Positions 39,251 through 52,200 of a stretch of 64,000 nucleotides of DNA are shown in pieces. The stretch comes from Auanema rhodensis. Taxonomy: Eukaryota; Animalia; Nematoda. Below the pieces are notes generated by a model, which was not told where the DNA came from, made no database searches, and saw only the letters and a list, made by a program, of their open reading frames with translations. Location: assembly GCA_964057225.1 (NCBI GenBank), contig OZ059900.1:21266001-21330000 (forward strand), given 5' to 3'. Positions within the stretch are counted from its first letter, which is position 1. Every line of letters starts with the position of its first letter. The position numbers and the translations under genes are program-made.

Positions 39251-40873
39251 GTTACATACTAAAATGAAGCATTTTACATGCTGAACACTAGAAAAATACA
39301 AAAACACAGTATTTCTCATGAGAAATATTTTATTATGCTGGAAAACCAGTTTTTGGAAATTTCGCTGTAAACAAGGTTTTGACTTACGATTTCATGTGTT
39401 CAAACTCATGCAATGTCAATGAAACCTAGCTCAAAATTGTTTGTACAACGTCTAGTTCCACTTTCACGACAAAAAAACAAGGGTTAGAAAATTAAGGAAA
39501 TTAGCATATTCTGAGGGCACGCCCCTTATGGCTAATATTGATTAAATCGATTTTTGTTCATATGAGTAGTCAAATGCAACGAATTTCAGCGTGTTACATA
39601 CTAAAATGAACCATTTTACATGCTGAACACTAGAAAAATACAAAAACACAGTATTTCCCATGAGAAATATTTTATTATGCTGGAAAACCAGTTTTTGGAA
39701 TTTTCGCTGTAAACAAGGTTTTGACTTACGATTTCATGTGTTCAAACTCATGCAATGTCAATGAAACCTAGCTCAAAATTGTTCGTACAACGTCTAGTTC
39801 CACTTTCACGACAAAAAAACAGGGGTTAGAAAATTTAGGAAATTAGCATATTCTGAGGGCACGCCCCTTATGGCTAATATTGATTAAATCGATTTTTGTT
39901 CATATGAGTCGTCAAATGCAACGAATTTCAGCGTGTTACATACTAAAATGAAGCATTTTACATGCTGAACACTAGAAAAATACAAAAACACAGTATTTCC
40001 CATGAGAAATATTTTATTATGCTGGAAAACCAGTTTTTGGAAATTTCGCTGTAAACAAGGTTTTGACTTACGATTTCATGTGTTCAAACTCATGCAATGT
40101 CAATGAAACCTAGCTCAAAATTGTTCCTACAACGTCTAGTTCCACTTTCACGACAAAAAAACAGGGGTTAGAAAATTAATGAAATTAGCATATTCTGAGG
40201 GCACGCCCCTTATGGCTAATATTGATTAAATCGATTTTTGTTCATATGAGTCGTCAAATGCAACGAATTTCATCGTGTTACATACTAAAATTAAGCATTT
40301 TACATGCTGAACACTAGAAAAATACAAAAACACAGTATTTCTCATGAGAAATATTTTATTATGCTGGAAAACCAGTTTTTGGAAATTTCGCTGTAAACAA
40401 GGTTTTGACTTACGATTTCATGTGTTCAAACTCATGCAATGTCAATGAAACCTAGCTCAAAATTGTTTGTACAACGTCTAGTTCCACTTTCACGACAAAA
40501 AAACAGGGGTTAGAAAATTAAGGAAATTAGCATATTCTGAGGGCACGCCCCTTATGGCTAATATTGATTAAATCGATTTTTGTTCATATGAGTAGTCAAA
40601 TGCAACGAATTTCAGCGTGTTACATACTAAAATGAAGCATTTTACATGCTGAACACTAGAAAAATACAAAAACACAGTATTTCCCATGAGAAATATTTTA
40701 TTATGCTGGAAAACCAGTTTTTGGAATTTTCGCTGTAAACAAGGTTTTGACTTACGATTTCATGTGTTCAAACTCATGCAATGTCAATGAAACCTAGCTC
40801 AAAATTGTTCGTACAACGTCTAGTTCCACTTTCACGACAAAAAAACAGGGGTTAGAAAATTAAGGAAATTAGC

Positions 40874-41319
40874 ATTTTTCTAGTGTTCAGCATGTAAAAT
40901 GCTTCATTTTAGTATGTAACACGCTGAAATTCGTTGCATTTGACGACTCATATGAACAAAAATCGATTTAATCAATATTAGCCATAAGGGGCGTGCCCTC
41001 AGAATATGCTAATTTCCTTAATTTTCTAACCCCTGTTTTTTTGTCGTGAAAGTGGAACTAGACGTTGTACGAACAATTTTGAGCTAGGTTTCATTGACAT
41101 TGCATGAGTTTGAACACATGAAATCGTAAGTCAAAACCTTGTTTACAGCGAAATTTCCAAAAACTGGTTTTCCAGCATAATAAAATAATTCTCATGAGAA
41201 ATACTGTGTTTTTGTATTTTTCTAGTGTTCAGCATGTAAAATGCTTCATTTTAGTATGTAACACGCTGAAATTCGTTGCATTTGACGACTCACATTGAAA
41301 TCGATTTTTGTTCATATGT
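40874..41319 (+). repeat. Forward island 7 (446 bp)
   Basis: Junctions A and B. Confidence 0.95.
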
Positions 41320-41574
41320 GTTACATACTAAAATGAAGCATTTTACATGCTGAACACTAGAAAAATACAAAAACACAGTATTTCTCATGAGAAATATTTT
41401 ATTATGCTGGAAAACCAGTTTTTGGAATTTTCGCTGTAAACAAGGTTTTGACTTACGATTTCATGTGTTCAAACTCATGCAATGTCAATGAAACCTAGCT
41501 CAAAATTGTTCGTACAACGTCTAGTTCCACTTTCACGACAAAAAAACAGGGGTTAGAAAATTAAGGAAATTAGC

Positions 41575-41678
41575 ATTTTTCTAGTGTTCAGCATGTAAAA
41601 TGCTTCATTTTAGTATGTAACACGCTGAAATTCGTTGCATTTGACGACTCACATTGAAATCGATTTTTGTTCATATGT
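41575..41678 (+). repeat. Forward island 8 (104 bp)
   Basis: Junctions A and B. Confidence 0.95.
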
Positions 41679-43301
41679 GTTACATACTAAAATGAAGCAT
41701 TTTACATGCTGAACACTAGAAAAATACAAAAACACAGTATTTCTCATGAGAAATATTTTATTATGCTGGAAAACCAGTTTTTGGAAATTTCGCTGTAAAC
41801 AAGGTTTTGACTTACGATTTCATGTGTTCAAACTCATGCAATGTCAATGAAACCTAGCTCAAAATTGTTTGTACAACGTCTAGTTCCACTTTCACGACAA
41901 AAAAACAAGGGTTAGAAAATTAAGGAAATTAGCATATTCTGAGGGCACGCCCCTTATGGCTAATATTGATTAAATCGATTTTTGTTCATATGAGTAGTCA
42001 AATGCAACGAATTTCAGCGTGTTACATACTAAAATGAACCATTTTACATGCTGAACACTAGAAAAATACAAAAACACAGTATTTCCCATGAGAAATATTT
42101 TATTATGCTGGAAAACCAGTTTTTGGAATTTTCGCTGTAAACAAGGTTTTGACTTACGATTTCATGTGTTCAAACTCATGCAATGTCAATGAAACCTAGC
42201 TCAAAATTGTTCGTACAACGTCTAGTTCCACTTTCACGACAAAAAAACAGGGGTTAGAAAATTTAGGAAATTAGCATATTCTGAGGGCACGCCCCTTATG
42301 GCTAATATTGATTAAATCGATTTTTGTTCATATGAGTCGTCAAATGCAACGAATTTCAGCGTGTTACATACTAAAATGAAGCATTTTACATGCTGAACAC
42401 TAGAAAAATACAAAAACACAGTATTTCCCATGAGAAATATTTTATTATGCTGGAAAACCAGTTTTTGGAAATTTCGCTGTAAACAAGGTTTTGACTTACG
42501 ATTTCATGTGTTCAAACTCATGCAATGTCAATGAAACCTAGCTCAAAATTGTTCCTACAACGTCTAGTTCCACTTTCACGACAAAAAAACAGGGGTTAGA
42601 AAATTAATGAAATTAGCATATTCTGAGGGCACGCCCCTTATGGCTAATATTGATTAAATCGATTTTTGTTCATATGAGTCGTCAAATGCAACGAATTTCA
42701 TCGTGTTACATACTAAAATTAAGCATTTTACATGCTGAACACTAGAAAAATACAAAAACACAGTATTTCTCATGAGAAATATTTTATTATGCTGGAAAAC
42801 CAGTTTTTGGAAATTTCGCTGTAAACAAGGTTTTGACTTACGATTTCATGTGTTCAAACTCATGCAATGTCAATGAAACCTAGCTCAAAATTGTTTGTAC
42901 AACGTCTAGTTCCACTTTCACGACAAAAAAACAGGGGTTAGAAAATTAAGGAAATTAGCATATTCTGAGGGCACGCCCCTTATGGCTAATATTGATTAAA
43001 TCGATTTTTGTTCATATGAGTAGTCAAATGCAACGAATTTCAGCGTGTTACATACTAAAATGAAGCATTTTACATGCTGAACACTAGAAAAATACAGAAA
43101 CACAGTATTTCCCATGAGAAATATTTTATTATGCTGGAAAACCAGTTTTTGGAATTTTCGCTGTAAACAAGGTTTTGACTTACGATTTCATGTGTTCAAA
43201 CTCATGCAATGTCAATGAAACCTAGCTCAAAATTGTTCGTACAACGTCTAGTTCCACTTTCACGACAAAAAAACAGGGGTTAGAAAATTAAGGAAATTAG
43301 C

Positions 43302-43405
43302 ATTTTTCTAGTGTTCAGCATGTAAAATGCTTCATTTTAGTATGTAACACGCTGAAATTCGTTGCATTTGACGACTCACATTGAAATCGATTTTTGTTCA
43401 TATGT
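43302..43405 (+). repeat. Forward island 9 (104 bp)
   Basis: Junctions A and B. Confidence 0.95.
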
Positions 43406-45028
43406 GTTACATACTAAAATGAAGCATTTTACATGCTGAACACTAGAAAAATACAAAAACACAGTATTTCTCATGAGAAATATTTTATTATGCTGGAAAA
43501 CCAGTTTTTGGAAATTTCGCTGTAAACAAGGTTTTGACTTACGATTTCATGTGTTCAAACTCATGCAATGTCAATGAAACCTAGCTCAAAATTGTTTGTA
43601 CAACGTCTAGTTCCACTTTCACGACAAAAAAACAAGGGTTAGAAAATTAAGGAAATTAGCATATTCTGAGGGCACGCCCCTTATGGCTAATATTGATTAA
43701 ATCGATTTTTGTTCATATGAGTAGTCAAATGCAACGAATTTCATCGTGTTACATACTAAAATGAACCATTTTACATGCTGAACACTAGAAAAATACAAAA
43801 ACACAGTATTTCCCATGAGAAATATTTTATTATGCTGGAAAACCAGTTTTTGGAATTTTCGCTGTAAACAAGGTTTTGACTTACGATTTCATGTGTTCAA
43901 ACTCATGCAATGTCAATGAAACCTAGCTCAAAATTGTTCGTACAACGTCTAGTTCCACTTTCACGACAAAAAAACAGGGGTTAGAAAATTTAGGAAATTA
44001 GCATATTCTGAGGGCACGCCCCTTATGGCTAATATTGATTAAATCGATTTTTGTTCATATGAGTCGTCAAATGCAACGAATTTCAGCGTGTTACATACTA
44101 AAATGAAGCATTTTACATGCTGAACACTAGAAAAATACAAAAACACAGTATTTCCCATGAGAAATATTTTATTATGCTGGAAAACCAGTTTTTGGAAATT
44201 TCGCTGTAAACAAGGTTTTGACTTACGATTTCATGTGTTCAAACTCATGCAATGTCAATGAAACCTAGCTCAAAATTGTTCCTACAACGTCTAGTTCCAC
44301 TTTCACGACAAAAAAACAGGGGTTAGAAAATTAATGAAATTAGCATATTCTGAGGGCACGCCCCTTATGGCTAATATTGATTAAATCGATTTTTGTTCAT
44401 ATGAGTCGTCAAATGCAACGAATTTCATCGTGTTACATACTAAAATTAAGCATTTTACATGCTGAACACTAGAAAAATACAAAAACACAGTATTTCTCAT
44501 GAGAAATATTTTATTATGCTGGAAAACCAGTTTTTGGAAATTTCGCTGTAAACAAGGTTTTGACTTACGATTTCATGTGTTCAAACTCATGCAATGTCAA
44601 TGAAACCTAGCTCAAAATTGTTTGTACAACGTCTAGTTCCACTTTCACGACAAAAAAACAGGGGTTAGAAAATTAAGGAAATTAGCATATTCTGAGGGCA
44701 CGCCCCTTATGGCTAATATTGATTAAATCGATTTTTGTTCATATGAGTAGTCAAATGCAACGAATTTCAGCGTGTTACATACTAAAATGAAGCATTTTAC
44801 ATGCTGAACACTAGAAAAATACAAAAACACAGTATTTCCCATGAGAAATATTTTATTATGCTGGAAAACCAGTTTTTGGAATTTTCGCTGTAAACAAGGT
44901 TTTGACTTACGATTTCATGTGTTCAAACTCATGCAATGTCAATGAAACCTAGCTCAAAATTGTTCGTACAACGTCTAGTTCCACTTTCACGACAAAAAAA
45001 CAGGGGTTAGAAAATTAAGGAAATTAGC

Positions 45029-45132
45029 ATTTTTCTAGTGTTCAGCATGTAAAATGCTTCATTTTAGTATGTAACACGCTGAAATTCGTTGCATTTGACG
45101 ACTCACATTGAAATCGATTTTTGTTCATATGT
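45029..45132 (+). repeat. Forward island 10 (104 bp)
   Basis: Junctions A and B. Confidence 0.95.
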
Positions 45133-46755
45133 GTTACATACTAAAATGAAGCATTTTACATGCTGAACACTAGAAAAATACAAAAACACAGTATTTCTCA
45201 TGAGAAATATTTTATTATGCTGGAAAACCAGTTTTTGGAAATTTCGCTGTAAACAAGGTTTTGACTTACGATTTCATGTGTTCAAACTCATGCAATGTCA
45301 ATGAAACCTAGCTCAAAATTGTTTGTACAACGTCTAGTTCCACTTTCACGACAAAAAAACAAGGGTTAGAAAATTAAGGAAATTAGCATATTCTGAGGGC
45401 ACGCCCCTTATGGCTAATATTGATTAAATCGATTTTTGTTCATATGAGTAGTCAAATGCAACGAATTTCAGCGTGTTACATACTAAAATGAACCATTTTA
45501 CATGCTGAACACTAGAAAAATACAAAAACACAGTATTTCCCATGAGAAATATTTTATTATGCTGGAAAACCAGTTTTTGGAATTTTCGCTGTAAACAAGG
45601 TTTTGACTTACGATTTCATGTGTTCAAACTCATGCAATGTCAATGAAACCTAGCTCAAAATTGTTCGTACAACGTCTAGTTCCACTTTCACGACAAAAAA
45701 ACAGGGGTTAGAAAATTTAGGAAATTAGCATATTCTGAGGGCACGCCCCTTATGGCTAATATTGATTAAATCGATTTTTGTTCATATGAGTCGTCAAATG
45801 CAACGAATTTCAGCGTGTTACATACTAAAATGAAGCATTTTACATGCTGAACACTAGAAAAATACAAAAACACAGTATTTCCCATGAGAAATATTTTATT
45901 ATGCTGGAAAACCAGTTTTTGGAAATTTCGCTGTAAACAAGGTTTTGACTTACGATTTCATGTGTTCAAACTCATGCAATGTCAATGAAACCTAGCTCAA
46001 AATTGTTCCTACAACGTCTAGTTCCACTTTCACGACAAAAAAACAGGGGTTAGAAAATTAATGAAATTAGCATATTCTGAGGGCACGCCCCTTATGGCTA
46101 ATATTGATTAAATCGATTTTTGTTCATATGAGTCGTCAAATGCAACGAATTTCATCGTGTTACATACTAAAATTAAGCATTTTACATGCTGAACACTAGA
46201 AAAATACAAAAACACAGTATTTCTCATGAGAAATATTTTATTATGCTGGAAAACCAGTTTTTGGAAATTTCGCTGTAAACAAGGTTTTGACTTACGATTT
46301 CATGTGTTCAAACTCATGCAATGTCAATGAAACCTAGCTCAAAATTGTTTGTACAACGTCTAGTTCCACTTTCACGACAAAAAAACAGGGGTTAGAAAAT
46401 TAAGGAAATTAGCATATTCTGAGGGCACGCCCCTTATGGCTAATATTGATTAAATCGATTTTTGTTCATATGAGTAGTCAAATGCAACGAATTTCAGCGT
46501 GTTACATACTAAAATGAAGCATTTTACATGCTGAACACTAGAAAAATACAAAAACACAGTATTTCCCATGAGAAATATTTTATTATGCTGGAAAACCAGT
46601 TTTTGGAATTTTCGCTGTAAACAAGGTTTTGACTTACGATTTCATGTGTTCAAACTCATGCAATGTCAATGAAACCTAGCTCAAAATTGTTCGTACAACG
46701 TCTAGTTCCACTTTCACGACAAAAAAACAGGGGTTAGAAAATTAAGGAAATTAGC

Positions 46756-47201
46756 ATTTTTCTAGTGTTCAGCATGTAAAATGCTTCATTTTAGTATGTA
46801 ACACGCTGAAATTCGTTGCATTTGACGACTCATATGAACAAAAATCGATTTAATCAATATTAGCCATAAGGGGCGTGCCCTCAGAATATGCTAATTTCCT
46901 TAATTTTCTAACCCCTGTTTTTTTGTCGTGAAAGTGGAACTAGACGTTGTACGAACAATTTTGAGCTAGGTTTCATTGACATTGCATGAGTTTGAACACA
47001 TGAAATCGTAAGTCAAAACCTTGTTTACAGCGAAATTTCCAAAAACTGGTTTTCCAGCATAATAAAATAATTCTCATGAGAAATACTGTGTTTTTGTATT
47101 TTTCTAGTGTTCAGCATGTAAAATGCTTCATTTTAGTATGTAACACGCTGAAATTCGTTGCATTTGACGACTCACATTGAAATCGATTTTTGTTCATATG
47201 T
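46756..47201 (+). repeat. Forward island 11 (446 bp)
   Basis: Junctions A and B. Confidence 0.95.
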
Positions 47202-48824
47202 GTTACATACTAAAATGAAGCATTTTACATGCTGAACACTAGAAAAATACAAAAACACAGTATTTCTCATGAGAAATATTTTATTATGCTGGAAAACCAG
47301 TTTTTGGAAATTTCGCTGTAAACAAGGTTTTGACTTACGATTTCATGTGTTCAAACTCATGCAATGTCAATGAAACCTAGCTCAAAATTGTTTGTACAAC
47401 GTCTAGTTCCACTTTCACGACAAAAAAACAAGGGTTAGAAAATTAAGGAAATTAGCATATTCTGAGGGCACGCCCCTTATGGCTAATATTGATTAAATCG
47501 ATTTTTGTTCATATGAGTAGTCAAATGCAACGAATTTCAGCGTGTTACATACTAAAATGAACCATTTTACATGCTGAACACTAGAAAAATACAAAAACAC
47601 AGTATTTCCCATGAGAAATATTTTATTATGCTGGAAAACCAGTTTTTGGAATTTTCGCTGTAAACAAGGTTTTGACTTACGATTTCATGTGTTCAAACTC
47701 ATGCAATGTCAATGAAACCTAGCTCAAAATTGTTCGTACAACGTCTAGTTCCACTTTCACGACAAAAAAACAGGGGTTAGAAAATTTAGGAAATTAGCAT
47801 ATTCTGAGGGCACGCCCCTTATGGCTAATATTGATTAAATCGATTTTTGTTCATATGAGTCGTCAAATGCAACGAATTTCAGCGTGTTACATACTAAAAT
47901 GAAGCATTTTACATGCTGAACACTAGAAAAATACAAAAACACAGTATTTCCCATGAGAAATATTTTATTATGCTGGAAAACCAGTTTTTGGAAATTTCGC
48001 TGTAAACAAGGTTTTGACTTACGATTTCATGTGTTCAAACTCATGCAATGTCAATGAAACCTAGCTCAAAATTGTTCCTACAACGTCTAGTTCCACTTTC
48101 ACGACAAAAAAACAGGGGTTAGAAAATTAATGAAATTAGCATATTCTGAGGGCACGCCCCTTATGGCTAATATTGATTAAATCGATTTTTGTTCATATGA
48201 GTCGTCAAATGCAACGAATTTCATCGTGTTACATACTAAAATTAAGCATTTTACATGCTGAACACTAGAAAAATACAAAAACACAGTATTTCTCATGAGA
48301 AATATTTTATTATGCTGGAAAACCAGTTTTTGGAAATTTCGCTGTAAACAAGGTTTTGACTTACGATTTCATGTGTTCAAACTCATGCAATGTCAATGAA
48401 ACCTAGCTCAAAATTGTTTGTACAACGTCTAGTTCCACTTTCACGACAAAAAAACAGGGGTTAGAAAATTAAGGAAATTAGCATATTCTGAGGGCACGCC
48501 CCTTATGGCTAATATTGATTAAATCGATTTTTGTTCATATGAGTAGTCAAATGCAACGAATTTCAGCGTGTTACATACTAAAATGAAGCATTTTACATGC
48601 TGAACACTAGAAAAATACAAAAACACAGTATTTCCCATGAGAAATATTTTATTATGCTGGAAAACCAGTTTTTGGAATTTTCGCTGTAAACAAGGTTTTG
48701 ACTTACGATTTCATGTGTTCAAACTCATGCAATGTCAATGAAACCTAGCTCAAAATTGTTCGTACAACGTCTAGTTCCACTTTCACGACAAAAAAACAGG
48801 GGTTAGAAAATTAAGGAAATTAGC

Positions 48825-49270
48825 ATTTTTCTAGTGTTCAGCATGTAAAATGCTTCATTTTAGTATGTAACACGCTGAAATTCGTTGCATTTGACGACTC
48901 ATATGAACAAAAATCGATTTAATCAATATTAGCCATAAGGGGCGTGCCCTCAGAATATGCTAATTTCCTTAATTTTCTAACCCCTGTTTTTTTGTCGTGA
49001 AAGTGGAACTAGACGTTGTACGAACAATTTTGAGCTAGGTTTCATTGACATTGCATGAGTTTGAACACATGAAATCGTAAGTCAAAACCTTGTTTACAGC
49101 GAAATTTCCAAAAACTGGTTTTCCAGCATAATAAAATAATTCTCATGAGAAATACTGTGTTTTTGTATTTTTCTAGTGTTCAGCATGTAAAATGCTTCAT
49201 TTTAGTATGTAACACGCTGAAATTCGTTGCATTTGACGACTCACATTGAAATCGATTTTTGTTCTTATGT
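48825..49270 (+). repeat. Forward island 12 (446 bp)
   Basis: Junctions A and B; private CATATG>CTTATG change in junction B. Confidence 0.95.
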
Positions 49271-52200
49271 GTTACATACTAAAATGAAGCATTTTACATG
49301 CTGAACACTAGAAAAATACAAAAACACAGTATTTCTCATGAGAAATATTTTATTATGCTGGAAAACCAGTTTTTGGAATTTTCGCTGTAAACAAGGTTTT
49401 GACTTACGATTTCATGTGTTCAAACTCATGCAATGTCAATGAAACCTAGCTCAAAATTGTTCGTACAACGTCTAGTTCCACTTTCACGACAAAAAAACAG
49501 GGGTTAGAAAATTAAGGAAATTAGCATATTCTGAGGGCACGCCCCTTATGGCTAATATTGATTAAATCGATTTTTGTTCATATGAGTCGTCAAATGCAAC
49601 GAATTTCAGCGTGTTACATACTAAAATGAACCATTTTACATGCTGAACACTAGAAAAATACAAAAACACAGTATTTCCCATGAGAAATATTTTATTATGC
49701 TGGAAAACCAGTTTTTGGAATTTTCGCTGTAAACAAGGTTTTGACTTACGATTTCATGTGTTCAAACTCATGCAATGTCAATGAAACCTAGCTGAAAATT
49801 GTTCGTACAACGTCTAGTTCCACTTTCACGACAAAAAAACAGGGGTTAGAAAATTTAGGAAATTAGCATATTCTGAGGGCACGCCCCTTATGGCTAATAT
49901 TGATTAAATCGATTTTTGTTCATATGAGTCGTCAAATGCGACGAATTTCAGCGTGTTACATACTAAAATGAAGCATTTCACATGCTGAACACTAGAAAAA
50001 TACAAAAACACAGTATTTTCCATGAGAAATATTTTATTATGCTGGAAAACCAGTTTTTGGAAATTTCGCTGTAAACAAGGTTTTGACTTACGATTTCATG
50101 TGTTCAAACTCATGCAATGTCAATGAAACCTAGCTCAAAATTGTTCGTACAACGTCTAGTTCCACTTTCACGACAAAAAAACAGGGGTTAGAAAATTAAG
50201 GAAATTAGCATATTCTGAGGGCACGCCCCTTATGGCTAATATTGATTAAATCGATTTTTGTTCATATGAGTCGTCAAATGCAACGAATTTCAGCGTGTTA
50301 CATACTAAAATGAAGCATTTTACATGCTGAACACTAGAAAAATACAAAAACACAGTATTTCCCATGAGAAATATTTTATTATGCTGGAAAACCAGTTTTT
50401 GGAAATTTCGCTGTAAACAAGGTTTTGACTTATGATTTCATGTGTTAAAACTCATGCAATGTCAATGAAACCTGGCTCAAAATTGTTCGTACAACGTCTA
50501 GTTCCACTTTCACGACAAAAAAACAGGGGTTAGAAAATTAAGGAAATTAGCATATTCTGAGGGCACGCCCCTTATGGCTAATATTGATTAAATCGATTTT
50601 TGTTCATATGAGTCGTCAAATGCAACGAATTTCAGCGTGTTACATACTAAAATGAAGCATTTTACATGCTGAACACTAGAAAAATACAAAAACACAGTAT
50701 TTCCCATGAGAAATATTTTATTATGCTGGAAAACCAGTTTTTGGAAATTTCGCTGTAAACAAGGTTTTGACTTATGATTTCATGTGTTAAAACTCATGCA
50801 ATGTCAATGAAACCTAGCTCAAAATTGTTCGTACAACGTCTAGTTCCACTTTCACGACAAAAAACAGGGGTTAGAAAATTAAGGAAATTAGCATATTCTG
50901 AGGGCACGCCACTTATGGCTAATATTGATTAAATCGATTTTTGTTCATATGAGTCGTCAAATGCAACGAATTTCAGCGTGTTACAAACTAAAATGAAGCA
51001 TTTTACATGCTGAACACTAGAAAAATACAAAAACACAGTATTTCCCATGAGAAATATTTTATTATGCTGGAAAACCAGTTTTTGGAAATTTCGCTGTAAA
51101 CAATGTTTTGACTTACGATTTCATGTGTTCAAACTCATGCAATGTCAATGAAACCTGGCTCAAAATTGTTCGTACAACGTCTAGTTCCACTTTCACGACA
51201 AAAAAACAGGGGTTAGAAAATTAAGGAAATTAGCATATTCTGAGGGCACGCCCCTTATGGCTAATATTGATTAAATCGATTTTTGTTCATATGAGTCGTC
51301 AAATGCAACGAATTTCAGCGTGTTACATACTAAAATGAATCATTTTACATGCTGAACACTAGAAAAATACAAAAACACAGTATTTCCCATGAGAAATATT
51401 TTATTATGCTGGAAAACCAGTTTTTGGAAATTTCGCTGTAAACAAGGTTTTGACTTTCGATTTCATGTGTTCAAACTCATGCAATGTCAATGAAACCTAG
51501 CTGAAAATTGTTCGTACAACGTCTAGTTCCACTTTCACGACAAAAAAACAGGGGTTAGAAAATTAAGGAAATTAGCATATTCTGAGGGCACGCCCCTTAT
51601 GGCTAATATTGATTAAATCGATTTTTGTTCATATGAGTCGTCAAATTCAACGAATTTCAGCGTGTTACATACTAAAATGAATCATTTTACATGCTGAACA
51701 CTAGAAAAATACAAAAACACAGTATTTCCCATGAGAAATATTTTATTATGCTGGAAAACCAGTTTTTCGAAATTTCGCTGTTAACAAGGTTTTGACTTAC
51801 GATTTCATGTGTTCAAACTCATGCAATGTCAATGAAACCTAGTTCAAAATTGTTCGTACAACGTCTAGTTCCACTTTCACGACAAAAAAACAGGGGTTAG
51901 AAAATTAAGGAAATTAGCATATTCTGAGGGCACGCCCCTTATGGCTAATATTGATTAAATCGATTTTTGTTCATATGAGTCGTCAAATGCAACAAATTTC
52001 AGCGTATTACATACTGAAATGAAGCATTTTACATGCTGAACACTAGAAAAATACAAAAACACAGTATTTCTCATGAGAAATATTTTATTATGCTGGAAAA
52101 CCAGTTTTTGGAAATTTCGCTGTAAACGAGGTTTTGACTTACGATTTCATGTGTTCAAACTCATGCAATGTCATTGAAACCTAGCTCAAAATTGTTCGTA

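Larger units (their letters stand above)
29828..49270. repeat. Inversion-containing higher-order repeat: 12 forward islands alternating with reverse monomer runs
   Basis: Junction A (AAATTAGCAT/TTTTCTAG) at 29828, 31897, 33966, 35693, 38104, 39147, 40874, 41575, 43302, 45029, 46756, 48825. Spacings are 2069, 2069, 1727, 2411, 1043, 1727, 701, 1727, 1727, 1727, 2069, all equal to 359+342n. Confidence 0.96.

Noticed and set aside
29828-49270. Islands as MITEs/transposons or recombinase-invertible segments
   Set aside because: No target-site duplications, terminal inverted repeats, non-satellite sequence or recombinase. Islands are not in-place flips, since the flanks do not rejoin in register, and their shared junctions indicate a single origin followed by amplification.
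22673-49270. Inversions as fold-back read or assembly artefacts
   Set aside because: Considered unlikely because the junctions are complex, recur identically, join different haplotypes on the two arms and carry unit-private SNPs. It cannot be fully excluded without reads.
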